Source: a virus (lineage: Duplodnaviria; Caudoviricetes). From it: a DNA stretch of 24,685 nucleotides. The DNA is taken from IMG/VR virus record IMGVR_UViG_3300012952_000131, positions 1 to 24,685 of that record. One strand, written 5' to 3'. Position 1 is the stretch's first letter; each line of letters begins with the position of its first letter. This document shows positions 15,717 to 24,685 of this stretch, in pieces. A model generated the notes under the pieces. The model had not been told where the DNA came from, made no database searches, and worked only from the letters and a program-made list of their open reading frames with translations. The translations under genes and the position numbers were made by a program.

Positions 15717-16978
15717 TGGCTGGTAACGATCCAATTTTCCAGGCGCTGGAAGAGTTTGCCGGCGATGTCTACGACCTTGGCGACGGGCGTCATTCGGCGC
15801 AGATTCACCGCATGCTACGAACCATGCTGGCCGATTATCGCAAGCGGCCGGAAATGGTCTTGCGCGCCCTTCAAATGGACGAGGATGCGGAGCCATCCCA
15901 GAAAGAGATCCGGTCAGCTCTACGAACCTTCGTTGAGGGGTCGGGAAGCAACCCCGCTGGCCGCCGGATGCTGGAGGTGATCGACGAAGTCGAAGCCAAC
16001 GCATATGACGCCGACGTTCTTTCAGCGGTAGACGCCGCCGAATTGGAAGACGCAGATTTAGAGCAGCTCACGCTGCTCGACGAATATGACCAAGAGTCTA
16101 CGGCGGTCGATGAGTTTGGCGATCCTCGCGTCAACCCACGCGTGGGAGAAGCGCTCGACGCTCCCCTGGACTATGCCTTCGACGACGCTCGCCAGTTTGA
16201 GCCCAACCCTGTAGGCGACATCGAAGCCACGGATCGCTTCATGGAGGTAGACGGAGAGTATGTTCGCGTTCCCGATGCCGCTCAAATGATGGGCGGTGGT
16301 GCGGTGGCTGGAGGTGTCAGTGGCGAGCGCCCTCAGACCTACTCGTTCGAGGAAATGGTCATGCGTCGACAGGGAGCGCAGGACTGGGCAGAGGGTGAAG
16401 AAGAGATCATTGAGCACCCCGACTCTACCGATATTATCGAGCAGACGACCACGGTGGAGGAAGACCCCAGCGGCGGGCTCAACAGTCGAATGCTGGGAGC
16501 TTCGATCATAGGTGGCACCGGCCTCGCGGCAGGCATCGCGCAGCCCTTCGTCGACCAGTACATGCAGCGCGACTGGGAGAACATGCTGCGCGCTTCTGCC
16601 GATGGAGACACCGTTGCACGCAAGGAAGGAGCGCTGGCAGCGGGACGCGCCATGCAGGGCATGATGGGCGCGTCGTTGGGACGACGCGACATCAGCCCAG
16701 CGCTGGCTATGCGCAACGCTCAGAACGCCTCAAGGAACATCCTGCAGGACATCTACGGTCGGCAGCTAGTGGCCTCGGCGCAGGAGCGGCGCATCGCTGA
16801 GCAGCAGCTCGCGAAGATACGCTCTGACCGCTGGCAGAAGGCGCTAGGAACGCTCACGCAGGTGGGGGCGGACGTCGGCGCGTTCCTGGGCAAGGAAGGG
16901 GCTAAGCAGTCCGCAGGCCCTGTCACCGCTGGGATGAAGAGCAGCGGGGGAGGAGGCGGCGATGCGACTGGGCAATGA
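15716..16978 (+). CDS. Putative ejection (DNA-transfer) protein, 420 aa, with acidic N-terminal half
   Basis: TGATG-coupled. The C-terminal ~165 aa is A/G/Q/M-rich helical with hydrophobic Gly segments (GASIIGGTGLAAGIA, SPALAMRNAQNA, AQERRIAEQQLA). No Cys. Confidence 0.65.
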   Translation: MAGNDPIFQALEEFAGDVYDLGDGRHSAQIHRMLRTMLADYRKRPEMVLRALQMDEDAEPSQKEIRSALRTFVEGSGSNPAGRRMLEVIDEVEANAYDADVLSAVDAAELEDADLEQLTLLDEYDQESTAVDEFGDPRVNPRVGEALDAPLDYAFDDARQFEPNPVGDIEATDRFMEVDGEYVRVPDAAQMMGGGAVAGGVSGERPQTYSFEEMVMRRQGAQDWAEGEEEIIEHPDSTDIIEQTTTVEEDPSGGLNSRMLGASIIGGTGLAAGIAQPFVDQYMQRDWENMLRASADGDTVARKEGALAAGRAMQGMMGASLGRRDISPALAMRNAQNASRNILQDIYGRQLVASAQERRIAEQQLAKIRSDRWQKALGTLTQVGADVGAFLGKEGAKQSAGPVTAGMKSSGGGGGDATGQ

Positions 16979-19900
16979 CCCCGTTCGGATACTGCGTGAT
17001 CCGCCTGAGAAGAAAGAGGGCGGTGGCGGTGGCTACGTCCCACTTATGGAGCGGTTGGGGATCAAGACATCCGGCGCTGGCTCGTTGCCTAGTCGTGAGG
17101 AGATCCGGGAGAGCTACGGAACGGGACGTGTCGAACGTCTGAAGAAAGAAAGGGAGAAGCGGGAACAGGACCAACTGAGACGTGACTACATGCTAAGCGA
17201 GGGGAAGCCTCTCGCGGACGAGCCCGATACCGATCCGCTCGATCAGGACGTTGCCGACCCCCCGCAGGGGTTGGGTCGCATAGGCGTCGAGTCGGGACGT
17301 ACAGGAGGAGCCGCAAGCGCCGGAGCGCAGGGCGGCTGGCAAGAGGGCCAAGAAGACGAGCGGGCTCCCTTCAAGAACTTTAACCCCCGGTCCAGGGGCG
17401 GTGGACGCGGACGGGCCCGTGGTGAATCCATGGTTACCGGCAACCTCCAGTACCGGGAGAACGTCCTTCCGTATGCCCAGAAGATTCAGCAGAACCTGAA
17501 CGAGGCGGGCGAGGAGCTTCGACTTCAGGGCGCTGCGCAGGCTGTGCGCGGCAGCGAGCTGAAGGCCGCCTACGAGCGCCAGGCCAAGACCCTGGGTGAC
17601 CTGGCTACGGAGTACGAGAACGCCCGCAAGGAGGCGTATTCAACCTCCATGGCAGAGATCCGTAAGCTCCAGCGTTTAGGCGATGAAATCACCAACATGG
17701 CTCCGCAGCCCGGTCGCCTCTTTCTGAACGCGCATGGCGCTGCCACTTTCGCTTCCGCTCTGTCTATCGCCGCAGGCGCAATGAACAGCTCTCGCTTCGG
17801 CGGACAGAACACCGCTCTGGGAATCATCGAAGGCGCGATTCAGCGGGACCTCAACGCGCAGATCCAAGCTCAGAACAACGCGAAGGCTGGCGCGCAGCTT
17901 CAGCGAGGCATCTTCCAAGACATGCAGGAAGCCTACAAGAGCGACCGGGTTGCTCGTCATGCGTACATGAACTTCCAGTACGCCCTCGCTGCCAAAGAGC
18001 TGAAGAAGATTGCCGCCACCTGGGACAGCGTGATCATGAAGTCGCGAGCTGACCAGGGCGCAGCCATGCTGATGGCCAAGGGCAACGAGCAGCTCATGCT
18101 GGCCGGGGAAGTACTCGTCAATCAGAAGGTCGCCTACGCGGCAGGCAACGCCCAGCAGGCTATCAGCCGAGCACTCGGAGGTCTGACAGTCCAGAACGTG
18201 GACAAGACCATGCAGATGATGAGCCCTGACAACGCGGACAAGCGCCTGGAGACGATGATCACCGGCATTCGCAAGATGCAGGAGCAGGAGCTAATCAGCG
18301 CCGAGCAAGCGCAGAAGCTGATCGAAGTATCCCAGTCCGACATGCGACTCGGAAACCAGATCGAGAGCGAAGCCCGCAACCTTGAAGGCCAGGGCATCAC
18401 CGGCACCAGCATCGTAGGGACGGGCAGACAGGCTCCCGTTCGCGGCGCAGCGCCGGGGCAGCCGCCCGCACAAGGCAGCGGTGCTCAGCCGGGGTCCGCA
18501 ACCACTTCTTCTTCCCAAGCCCCTGCTGGTGGGCAGCGTGGAACCGCCCAGCCAGGGCGGGGACGCGCTGCCGTGAGCAAGCAGCGGCTGCCGCAGGAGG
18601 ACGCACGCCCGCAGACCGAGGCAGAAAAGAAGGTAGTGGAAGACCTCAGGCAAGCGATGTCTGATCTTGAAGCGGCGAAGGAAGCGGGCGACGAGGCGAA
18701 AGTTCAGGATCTTACGCCCAAGGTCCAAGCGCTTATCAACAAGAGCGCAGCTCTTCGAAAACAGACCGAGGAGTACGTCCGTCAGGTCAACATCGACCAG
18801 AGGAACTACAGCGCTGCGAGCCTTGGAAACCTGCAGAAAGATCTCGACACTCGGTATCGCATGGCCGACACGCGCTCGCTGAGCGGGGGGGCAGTCAAAG
18901 AGTTTACCCGCGATATTTTGGGGTTGCCCGCAAAGGCGAAGGTCACCGAAAGAGAATACACGAAGGCTTGGAAGCGCTTGGAGCAGATGTATCCGGGTCG
19001 TATCCCGTGGGGTAAGAAGACCTACAAGACCAACGCCGTGGGACGCCAGCCCGATAGTAATGCGGAACTCAACACCCAGCTCAATCGCGCACGCGCTTTC
19101 GAGCGTGCAAACGGCGGCCCCATGAGCCCGGTGATCAAAGCCGCGATGGCGAAGGGCATGCCCGTTTTGGATATCTCCAGCGTGGAGGACCAGGACATCG
19201 ACGTGAAGGCTCCTGTGATTGTGGCCATGCCTAACGGCAACGCCCTGTTTGATAAAGCCGGTACTCCCGGTGGAGGCGAAAATCTGGAGAAGGGGTGGTT
19301 CCGCGCCACCGTCGCTGCGCCTCCGGTGTGGGACCAGAACAAGAAGAAGTGGGTGACGCCCAAGAATCGCATCATTGAAGTCGTGACGCCCGCGCTGGTT
19401 ATGACCGATGGCGTCCAGCGCCGAAATCTACCAACCGCCAGACAGGCCATGGGCGACCGGGGCGTCACTCAGATAGATGAAAGCATGCTTAGAAAAGTGA
19501 AAATGTTTGGGGCGTCGAGTAAGAAGGTGGCCGAGCTTAGGAATCGAGCGTTCCCCAGCGTGGCCGCGATGAGGAAGTACCAGGAGCAGGCGCAGTCTGG
19601 ACAGCAGATCGACTACCTTCTGCAGGTAATGCGTAACGCCTCGAAGGCTGCTCAACGGAGCACAGCGGGGACGTTGGCCGCAAAAGTGACCGACAATCTT
19701 ATTTCATTTAAGGTTTCGGACATCAAAGACCCCCGCGAGAAAGCTTTCTGGAAACGATACCAGAAGAGGGTCGGGGCACTCGTGGAAGGAACTCCGCGCA
19801 ATAAGTTGACGCGGACCCAGATCCAAAAGCTAAGGGACTTCAAGGCAACGAACCGAGTGAGCATCAACCCGGCTTTGCTCAAGGTACTCGCCATCGGTTA

Positions 19901-20120
19901 CCTCTCTCAGGCGACGGGTCGAGGTGTTCCGCAGGCCTTTGAAGCGCAAGAGATTGCCAAGGAGTTGGGAGACGATCTGCCTCTCACGGAGCTGTTCAGT
20001 AGGTCCCAGGGCAGCTTGTCTACTGCCATGGGGGCTATCCGCTCTTCTATCAATGGCGAGCTGCTGGAGAACTCCACCATCGACCTGCGAAGTATGAACC
20101 TGTCGGGGAAGGCGAAGTAA
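16962..20120 (+). CDS. Large putative ejection / internal virion protein, 1052 aa
   Basis: SD GGAGG upstream; 17-nt overlap with the previous gene. Coiled-coil core with hydrophobic segment FASALSIAAGAM..GGQNTALGIIEGAIQRDLNAQ, a disordered G/A/Q/P linker and a basic C-terminal half. No Cys seen. Confidence 0.65.
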   Translation: MRLGNDPVRILRDPPEKKEGGGGGYVPLMERLGIKTSGAGSLPSREEIRESYGTGRVERLKKEREKREQDQLRRDYMLSEGKPLADEPDTDPLDQDVADPPQGLGRIGVESGRTGGAASAGAQGGWQEGQEDERAPFKNFNPRSRGGGRGRARGESMVTGNLQYRENVLPYAQKIQQNLNEAGEELRLQGAAQAVRGSELKAAYERQAKTLGDLATEYENARKEAYSTSMAEIRKLQRLGDEITNMAPQPGRLFLNAHGAATFASALSIAAGAMNSSRFGGQNTALGIIEGAIQRDLNAQIQAQNNAKAGAQLQRGIFQDMQEAYKSDRVARHAYMNFQYALAAKELKKIAATWDSVIMKSRADQGAAMLMAKGNEQLMLAGEVLVNQKVAYAAGNAQQAISRALGGLTVQNVDKTMQMMSPDNADKRLETMITGIRKMQEQELISAEQAQKLIEVSQSDMRLGNQIESEARNLEGQGITGTSIVGTGRQAPVRGAAPGQPPAQGSGAQPGSATTSSSQAPAGGQRGTAQPGRGRAAVSKQRLPQEDARPQTEAEKKVVEDLRQAMSDLEAAKEAGDEAKVQDLTPKVQALINKSAALRKQTEEYVRQVNIDQRNYSAASLGNLQKDLDTRYRMADTRSLSGGAVKEFTRDILGLPAKAKVTEREYTKAWKRLEQMYPGRIPWGKKTYKTNAVGRQPDSNAELNTQLNRARAFERANGGPMSPVIKAAMAKGMPVLDISSVEDQDIDVKAPVIVAMPNGNALFDKAGTPGGGENLEKGWFRATVAAPPVWDQNKKKWVTPKNRIIEVVTPALVMTDGVQRRNLPTARQAMGDRGVTQIDESMLRKVKMFGASSKKVAELRNRAFPSVAAMRKYQEQAQSGQQIDYLLQVMRNASKAAQRSTAGTLAAKVTDNLISFKVSDIKDPREKAFWKRYQKRVGALVEGTPRNKLTRTQIQKLRDFKATNRVSINPALLKVLAIGYLSQATGRGVPQAFEAQEIAKELGDDLPLTELFSRSQGSLSTAMGAIRSSINGELLENSTIDLRSMNLSGKAK

Positions 20121-20121
20121 G

Positions 20122-23100
20122 ATGTCCGACGAGCCCATCGACCAGGAGTCGCTCAACGAAGCCGTCGCCGCTCGCATGGCGGCGATGGATGAGGGGCTCG
20201 ACACTCCTGCGCGTGACTGGGAGAAGCTCACGTCCGCTCTCTCTGGTGCTACCCGACAGGGACCGCAGCGCAGCGACGTAGAGAACGCTGATGTGGGGGA
20301 CGCTCAAGGCAAGGCTACAGAGAAGGTGCTCATGGTCGATCCCAACACGGGTCAGATCATGGATCGCGGGATGATGAGCACCAGCAACCTCCAGCGGGCG
20401 CGCATTGGTCGCAAGGAAGGCGAACCCTTCCTGATGAGCCTTCCGCAGGTGAGCACCCAGGAGGAGATGGACGCTCTGACGCCTGAGCAGCGGAAGATGG
20501 TCGAGGCGTGGGTATCTCTAGAAAAGGCGGACGCGAAGGAAGCTGCGCGGATGGAGGCCGAGCCGCTCTCGCTTCCCGCAGGTATGGGAATGGACCTGCT
20601 GGCTGCCGTTCCCGGCGCGGCTCCTCTTACCTCGATGTTGCTCAGCGACGACGCGACCTACGGAGGGTACGACCTCGATGTCACAAACCTCCAGCTCTCC
20701 TACCAGGCATACGAGGACGAGTACCCGATCATCAGCGCGCTGACCTACGGCGCAGGTCAGTTCGGTCCTGCGTTGTTTACCGGAGGCGCGAAGGCCGCCA
20801 GCGTAGTTCTGCGCGGGGGCATCAAAAAAGTTGCGGACGAGGCTGCGGCGGGAGCTGTCACTCAGAGCATGCTCACGACCAACAAGCTCGCCGAGCTTCG
20901 CAAGGCCGCCCCCTACTTCCTGGGCGTGGGTCCAGAGATTGCGGCGGAGCGCGCCCTCAAGGGGATGATCCCCACCGCCGTTGCTGAGAGCGCCCCTATC
21001 CTCACCCGCTCTGCCGTGGGGGCAGTGGCGGGTGGGCTAGGTGCGATGCGCGAGAACATGACAATCAGCGCCATGCGCGACCACACCGAGCTAAGCGTGG
21101 AGAACGTGCTGGCCAATGGGGTGGTGGGTGGAGTGTTCGGGGTGCTGGGCGAGAACGCCGCGACGATGCTCTCCAACCGCTTCAACCGAAAGAACGCCGA
21201 GTACATCGCCGACCACAACAACGGCGTCATGGCAGCCCTGTTCAAGGACTTGAACCTCGAAGCCAACGACCACGCTTTCCTCGAGTACATGTCCAACCCC
21301 GACAACATGGGGGAACTCTTCGAGCGCATGGAAGACCTGATGCGCGTGACCGACGAAGAGGTCGCGCAGGTTCCATTCGGAACCAAGATGCTCAATGTGG
21401 TGCGCTCGTTGATGAGCGGATTCTCGGTGCGCCCCGGAGTGCTCAACCGGATGAGCACAGAGAAGTTCCGCGCCGGTCTGCAGTTCGCGAACGAGAACCT
21501 TGGGAAGGGCGAGAGCCCCGTCATGGCGGCTCTCGCTGACGCCTTGGAGAACCTGCGCAGCGGACAGGGGATGCTTCGCCGAGTAGACGAGCTAGCCACC
21601 GGCCAAGCCTCCCTTACCCCTGAAGCCGAAGCCAAGATGGCCCAGGTCACCGACGCCGATGGCAACGAAACGGGTCGCGTGATGACGCCCGAAGAGCGCC
21701 AAGCTCGTCTGCTCGATGACGAGCAAGGGGTGTCGGTTCAGACGCGGGTCGGCAGCAACGAGGAACAGCTCGTCAACACGAACTACCGTGGCGTCATGCT
21801 GCAGCTCGCGAGCGAGCTAGATGGGGGGATCGTTCCGGGTGATACCCACGGGCTTCAGCCCAAGCAAGTGGCGGATATGACCCAGTTCATTTTCGGCGTA
21901 CCCCTGGGCGTGCGGCGGATGCGGGTGGGAGTAGAGCAGCTCGCAGACGGTACAGCACGGCTAGATTCTGAGTGGCAGTGGGCTCGCGTGAATCCCGGTG
22001 ACGCGGCTGAAGGGGTGGAGGCAGGTGTCGCTCCGCTGGGTGGGGAGCCGCCGATCAAGCCCCCCGACTACGATAGCTGGGAGGTGATGTCTGTCAGCGA
22101 GGATCTGGAGAAGCACCTTACCGAGATTGACGCTGGCAAGCTGACGCTGGAGCCAGAGCGCCCAGCAAAGTTGACCACCGAGGATGTGCTGGGGCAGACC
22201 GAGGGTGAGACTGCGGACCTGCTGGCCGCGATCGATATCCTCGAAAACTCCTACAAGCTCAAGGAGGTGATGGCTCCTGAAAAGACGGTGACGCCTGGCA
22301 AACCATCGAAGCCGGTGCCCTTCGAGGGGCGCGATAAAGCGCGGGGCAACCTCGTCGCCTTGGCAGATGGTCAGGCACGCGGTGAGCCCGCCTCCAACCT
22401 CAAGGGTGTCACCGGGAAGCTGGTGAAGGAGGCTCAGGGAGGACAGATCGCCTCGTCCGGTGGGTACTGGCTGAAGAGATTTGACGCGGCGGGAAGCCCT
22501 GAAGAGTTTGCTCCCCTCGCCGACGCTTTCAAGGCGTGGAACGAGGCACGAGGGGACCTTGGGAAGTTGGTGAATCAGGGCGGCGACCTCCGTGACGCCA
22601 AGACCAAGGCGCTGGACCGCAGCACCCAATCCACGGCGCGGTGGAAGGTATCCCTGGAGAACCTTGGAAAGGCCGAGGCTGCGCTGCAAGAGGCTCTGTC
22701 GAAGTACGACATGGCGTTCCCTGGGATGACGCCACCGGCTCCAGCAGCAAAGTCCCTCGAGGCACCAGCGGTTCTGGCGAAACTACGCAAAGCGGTCGAG
22801 GGTGGGTTCACCGGGGACTACAAGAAGATTGTGACGGCGGACGTTGCGGGCTCCCTGGAAGACCTTCTCACGACGCCCCTACGCGGAGCCGACGCGGGGG
22901 CGGCGCGAAACATTGCCGAGGCCCAAGACCTTCTCAACGATGCGTTGCGGGAGTACGGACTGGCACTGCAGCGCGTGAACCCTGCTCTTCTTCCAGAAGT
23001 GCTGGTCGCCAAAGCCGGGTTTGGCGGAAAGGACCCCACGTTCCTTTCCGCCTACAAGGAGCTGCGGGACCTGGCCAAGACCGACCAGCTTACGGCGGGG

Positions 23101-24685
23101 CGGCAGTTCAACGTGCTGCAGAACGCCAAGAAGCGTATCTACCAGATGACGAAGGACGATAAGACCTTCGGTCGTTTCATGACGCCGGGTCTGACTGCTC
23201 TTCAGCAACTGAAGGGGCTGACGGAGAACACGCAGCTCTGGGGCAACGACTGGGGCCTGGGGCAGGCTCAGATCAACCAGGCGTGGTCTAGCCTCATCGA
23301 CGATTCGGTGGCGCTCGACAGGCTGCTGCGCGAGTACGGCAGCGCAGATACCGCACCGATCGATTTGCTCAAGCAGAAGCTCTTTGGCCAGAGCGGGGAG
23401 CTTCCGAACACACGCTTCCCTCGCGTGCTGATGAAGATGATCGCAGACATCTCTCAGCTCCGACAAGGAGCCCGGTCGCACGGCATTGGTGACGACGCCA
23501 TCTACCGAGCGCTAGCGGGCGAGGATGGTCGGAGGGTTACTTCTGCCCAGGCTGCGATACAGGGTGAGAAGAGATTCCAGAACTACCAGCTTCTGCTGGA
23601 GAACGCGATTCAGCTACAGAACGCACTGCAGTCTACTGCTGAGTTGTCGCAAGCATTCGGCGAGCAGTGGCGCAACGCGGGCCTCGTCCGAAACGGTGCG
23701 CCGGGGTGGGTACGACTTCCTGCCATGTGGGGAGAGCCCACCAACATCGTGAACCGAGGGGCACGCTACCTCGACGGCATCGCGCAGCAGTACGTCATGC
23801 GTCCCATCAGCGCTGAGTCTTACCTCGCTCATATCCGTGGTGCCATCATGGCCAACCGCACCAAGGAGGTGAAGCGCGTAGGCGCGTTCAAGCGCTTCGT
23901 GCGAAAGGTTGGAGGCGGCGAGAACGTGCGCCACCGCAGCATGCAGACTGCACTCAAGAACAGTCTTCCCATCGGCTTTGCGAAGTTCTGGGTGGGCAGC
24001 GACGAAGAGGTCGAGGAAGTCTACGTCGAGATGAAGAAGCGGGTGGACTTCGCGCTGGAAGGCACGGCCGGGGAGGGCGCTACCATCGCCAACGGCATGA
24101 GCGTGCAGGGCCTCGACGCGCTGGCTGAGAACTTCGCCGCCCCCTTCCTGACCACGCCCTTCGCCCAGGCGGGCAACGTCGCAACGCGCAGCCTCGTTAC
24201 TGCCATCATGGATATGGTGGACCGCATGCCGGGGATGAAGATTCCTGGCCTACCTTCTTCTCAACAGCCCAATCCACACCCGAGCGAGATGCGCTCGTGG
24301 CTGAAGCTGTTCGCGGCCATCAGCGAAGGTCCCAGCATCTGCCTGCCCCTGATGGAGGCAGGCATGCTGGACCCCGACGTGGCCCAGTTCACGGCGCAGC
24401 ACTTCCCGCTGCTGACGGGTCAGCTTATGGGTGCATTCTCCGAGGAGATCCAGAGTGGAAAGTTCCCTTACGACTTGCTGCTTCAGTTCGAGAACTGGAC
24501 GGGCAGGTCGCTCACTCCAACGGCTACGCCCAGCGCTATACTTGCATTCCAGCAGGCGAACCAGGGCGCGAACACACCAGCAGCAGCGGCAGCCACTGGG
24601 ATGCAGCGTCGAGGACAGGTACGGATGGCTGGCCTATCGGCCACGGATAATGAACTGCGGCAGCGCCGCCACGAACGCCAAGGGA
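20122..24685 (+). CDS. Very large internal virion / ejection protein (T7 gp16-like position), at least 1521 aa, truncated by the window end; absent from the supplied ORF track
   Basis: ATG at 20122, one base after TAA 20118-20120. I read the frame codon by codon to 24684 with no stop: MSDEPIDQESLNEAVAARM ... GAVAGGLGAM ... NGVVGGVFGVLG ... PSEMRSWLKLFAAISEGP ... RQRRHERQG. Helical composition with Gly-rich hydrophobic segments near residues 150-345. Confidence 0.85.
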   Translation, partial: MSDEPIDQESLNEAVAARMAAMDEGLDTPARDWEKLTSALSGATRQGPQRSDVENADVGDAQGKATEKVLMVDPNTGQIMDRGMMSTSNLQRARIGRKEGEPFLMSLPQVSTQEEMDALTPEQRKMVEAWVSLEKADAKEAARMEAEPLSLPAGMGMDLLAAVPGAAPLTSMLLSDDATYGGYDLDVTNLQLSYQAYEDEYPIISALTYGAGQFGPALFTGGAKAASVVLRGGIKKVADEAAAGAVTQSMLTTNKLAELRKAAPYFLGVGPEIAAERALKGMIPTAVAESAPILTRSAVGAVAGGLGAMRENMTISAMRDHTELSVENVLANGVVGGVFGVLGENAATMLSNRFNRKNAEYIADHNNGVMAALFKDLNLEANDHAFLEYMSNPDNMGELFERMEDLMRVTDEEVAQVPFGTKMLNVVRSLMSGFSVRPGVLNRMSTEKFRAGLQFANENLGKGESPVMAALADALENLRSGQGMLRRVDELATGQASLTPEAEAKMAQVTDADGNETGRVMTPEERQARLLDDEQGVSVQTRVGSNEEQLVNTNYRGVMLQLASELDGGIVPGDTHGLQPKQVADMTQFIFGVPLGVRRMRVGVEQLADGTARLDSEWQWARVNPGDAAEGVEAGVAPLGGEPPIKPPDYDSWEVMSVSEDLEKHLTEIDAGKLTLEPERPAKLTTEDVLGQTEGETADLLAAIDILENSYKLKEVMAPEKTVTPGKPSKPVPFEGRDKARGNLVALADGQARGEPASNLKGVTGKLVKEAQGGQIASSGGYWLKRFDAAGSPEEFAPLADAFKAWNEARGDLGKLVNQGGDLRDAKTKALDRSTQSTARWKVSLENLGKAEAALQEALSKYDMAFPGMTPPAPAAKSLEAPAVLAKLRKAVEGGFTGDYKKIVTADVAGSLEDLLTTPLRGADAGAARNIAEAQDLLNDALREYGLALQRVNPALLPEVLVAKAGFGGKDPTFLSAYKELRDLAKTDQLTAGRQFNVLQNAKKRIYQMTKDDKTFGRFMTPGLTALQQLKGLTENTQLWGNDWGLGQAQINQAWSSLIDDSVALDRLLREYGSADTAPIDLLKQKLFGQSGELPNTRFPRVLMKMIADISQLRQGARSHGIGDDAIYRALAGEDGRRVTSAQAAIQGEKRFQNYQLLLENAIQLQNALQSTAELSQAFGEQWRNAGLVRNGAPGWVRLPAMWGEPTNIVNRGARYLDGIAQQYVMRPISAESYLAHIRGAIMANRTKEVKRVGAFKRFVRKVGGGENVRHRSMQTALKNSLPIGFAKFWVGSDEEVEEVYVEMKKRVDFALEGTAGEGATIANGMSVQGLDALAENFAAPFLTTPFAQAGNVATRSLVTAIMDMVDRMPGMKIPGLPSSQQPNPHPSEMRSWLKLFAAISEGPSICLPLMEAGMLDPDVAQFTAQHFPLLTGQLMGAFSEEIQSGKFPYDLLLQFENWTGRSLTPTATPSAILAFQQANQGANTPAAAAATGMQRRGQVRMAGLSATDNELRQRRHERQG

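Larger units (their letters stand above)
1..24685 (+). mobile_element. Morphogenesis module of a podovirus-type tailed phage (free phage or prophage; boundaries outside the window)
   Basis: Contiguous co-oriented genes in the order terminase, portal, scaffold, capsid, adaptor, nozzle, ejection proteins. No tape measure, sheath or tail tube gene recognised, and almost no intergenic DNA. Confidence 0.95.

Noticed and set aside
1-24685. Alternative genetic code (stop reassignment)
   Set aside because: Genes tile the window fully under the standard bacterial code. TGA, TAA and TAG (569-571) all act as stops at sensible junctions.
1-24685. tRNA, CRISPR array, integrase/att site, intron or intein
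   Set aside because: No intergenic space for RNA genes or arrays. TerL, portal and capsid are uninterrupted and of normal length, and no splicing or homing-endonuclease motifs were seen.

Overview
The whole window is one tightly packed + strand morphogenesis operon of a GC-rich, short-tailed (podovirus-type) dsDNA phage or prophage; no host genes are visible. Gene order: a partial ORF, a GNAT-fold gene, a small ORF overlapping the terminase, terminase large subunit, a small ORF, portal, scaffold, major capsid protein, a stem-loop, four apparently paralogous beta-rich proteins (likely capsid decoration), two very basic small proteins, head-tail adaptor, a small tail protein, a ~1434 aa nozzle, and four putative ejection proteins. 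The last of these (20122 to the window end, at least 1521 codons) is missing from the ORF track. Only the terminase is identified from catalytic motifs; the other calls rest on synteny, composition and recalled family resemblance, and no searches were run. The most unusual observations are (i) the diverged four-gene paralog array after the capsid gene, (ii) strong lysine depletion and Pro/aromatic insertions in predicted virion-surface proteins, contrasting with Lys-rich internal proteins, (iii) a GNAT plus two histone/protamine-like proteins in the same operon, (iv) a 260-nt dual-coding overlap across the terminase Walker A motif, and (v) a shared N-terminal GNDP motif on ejection proteins. 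I found no tRNA, rRNA, CRISPR array, integrase or transposase.
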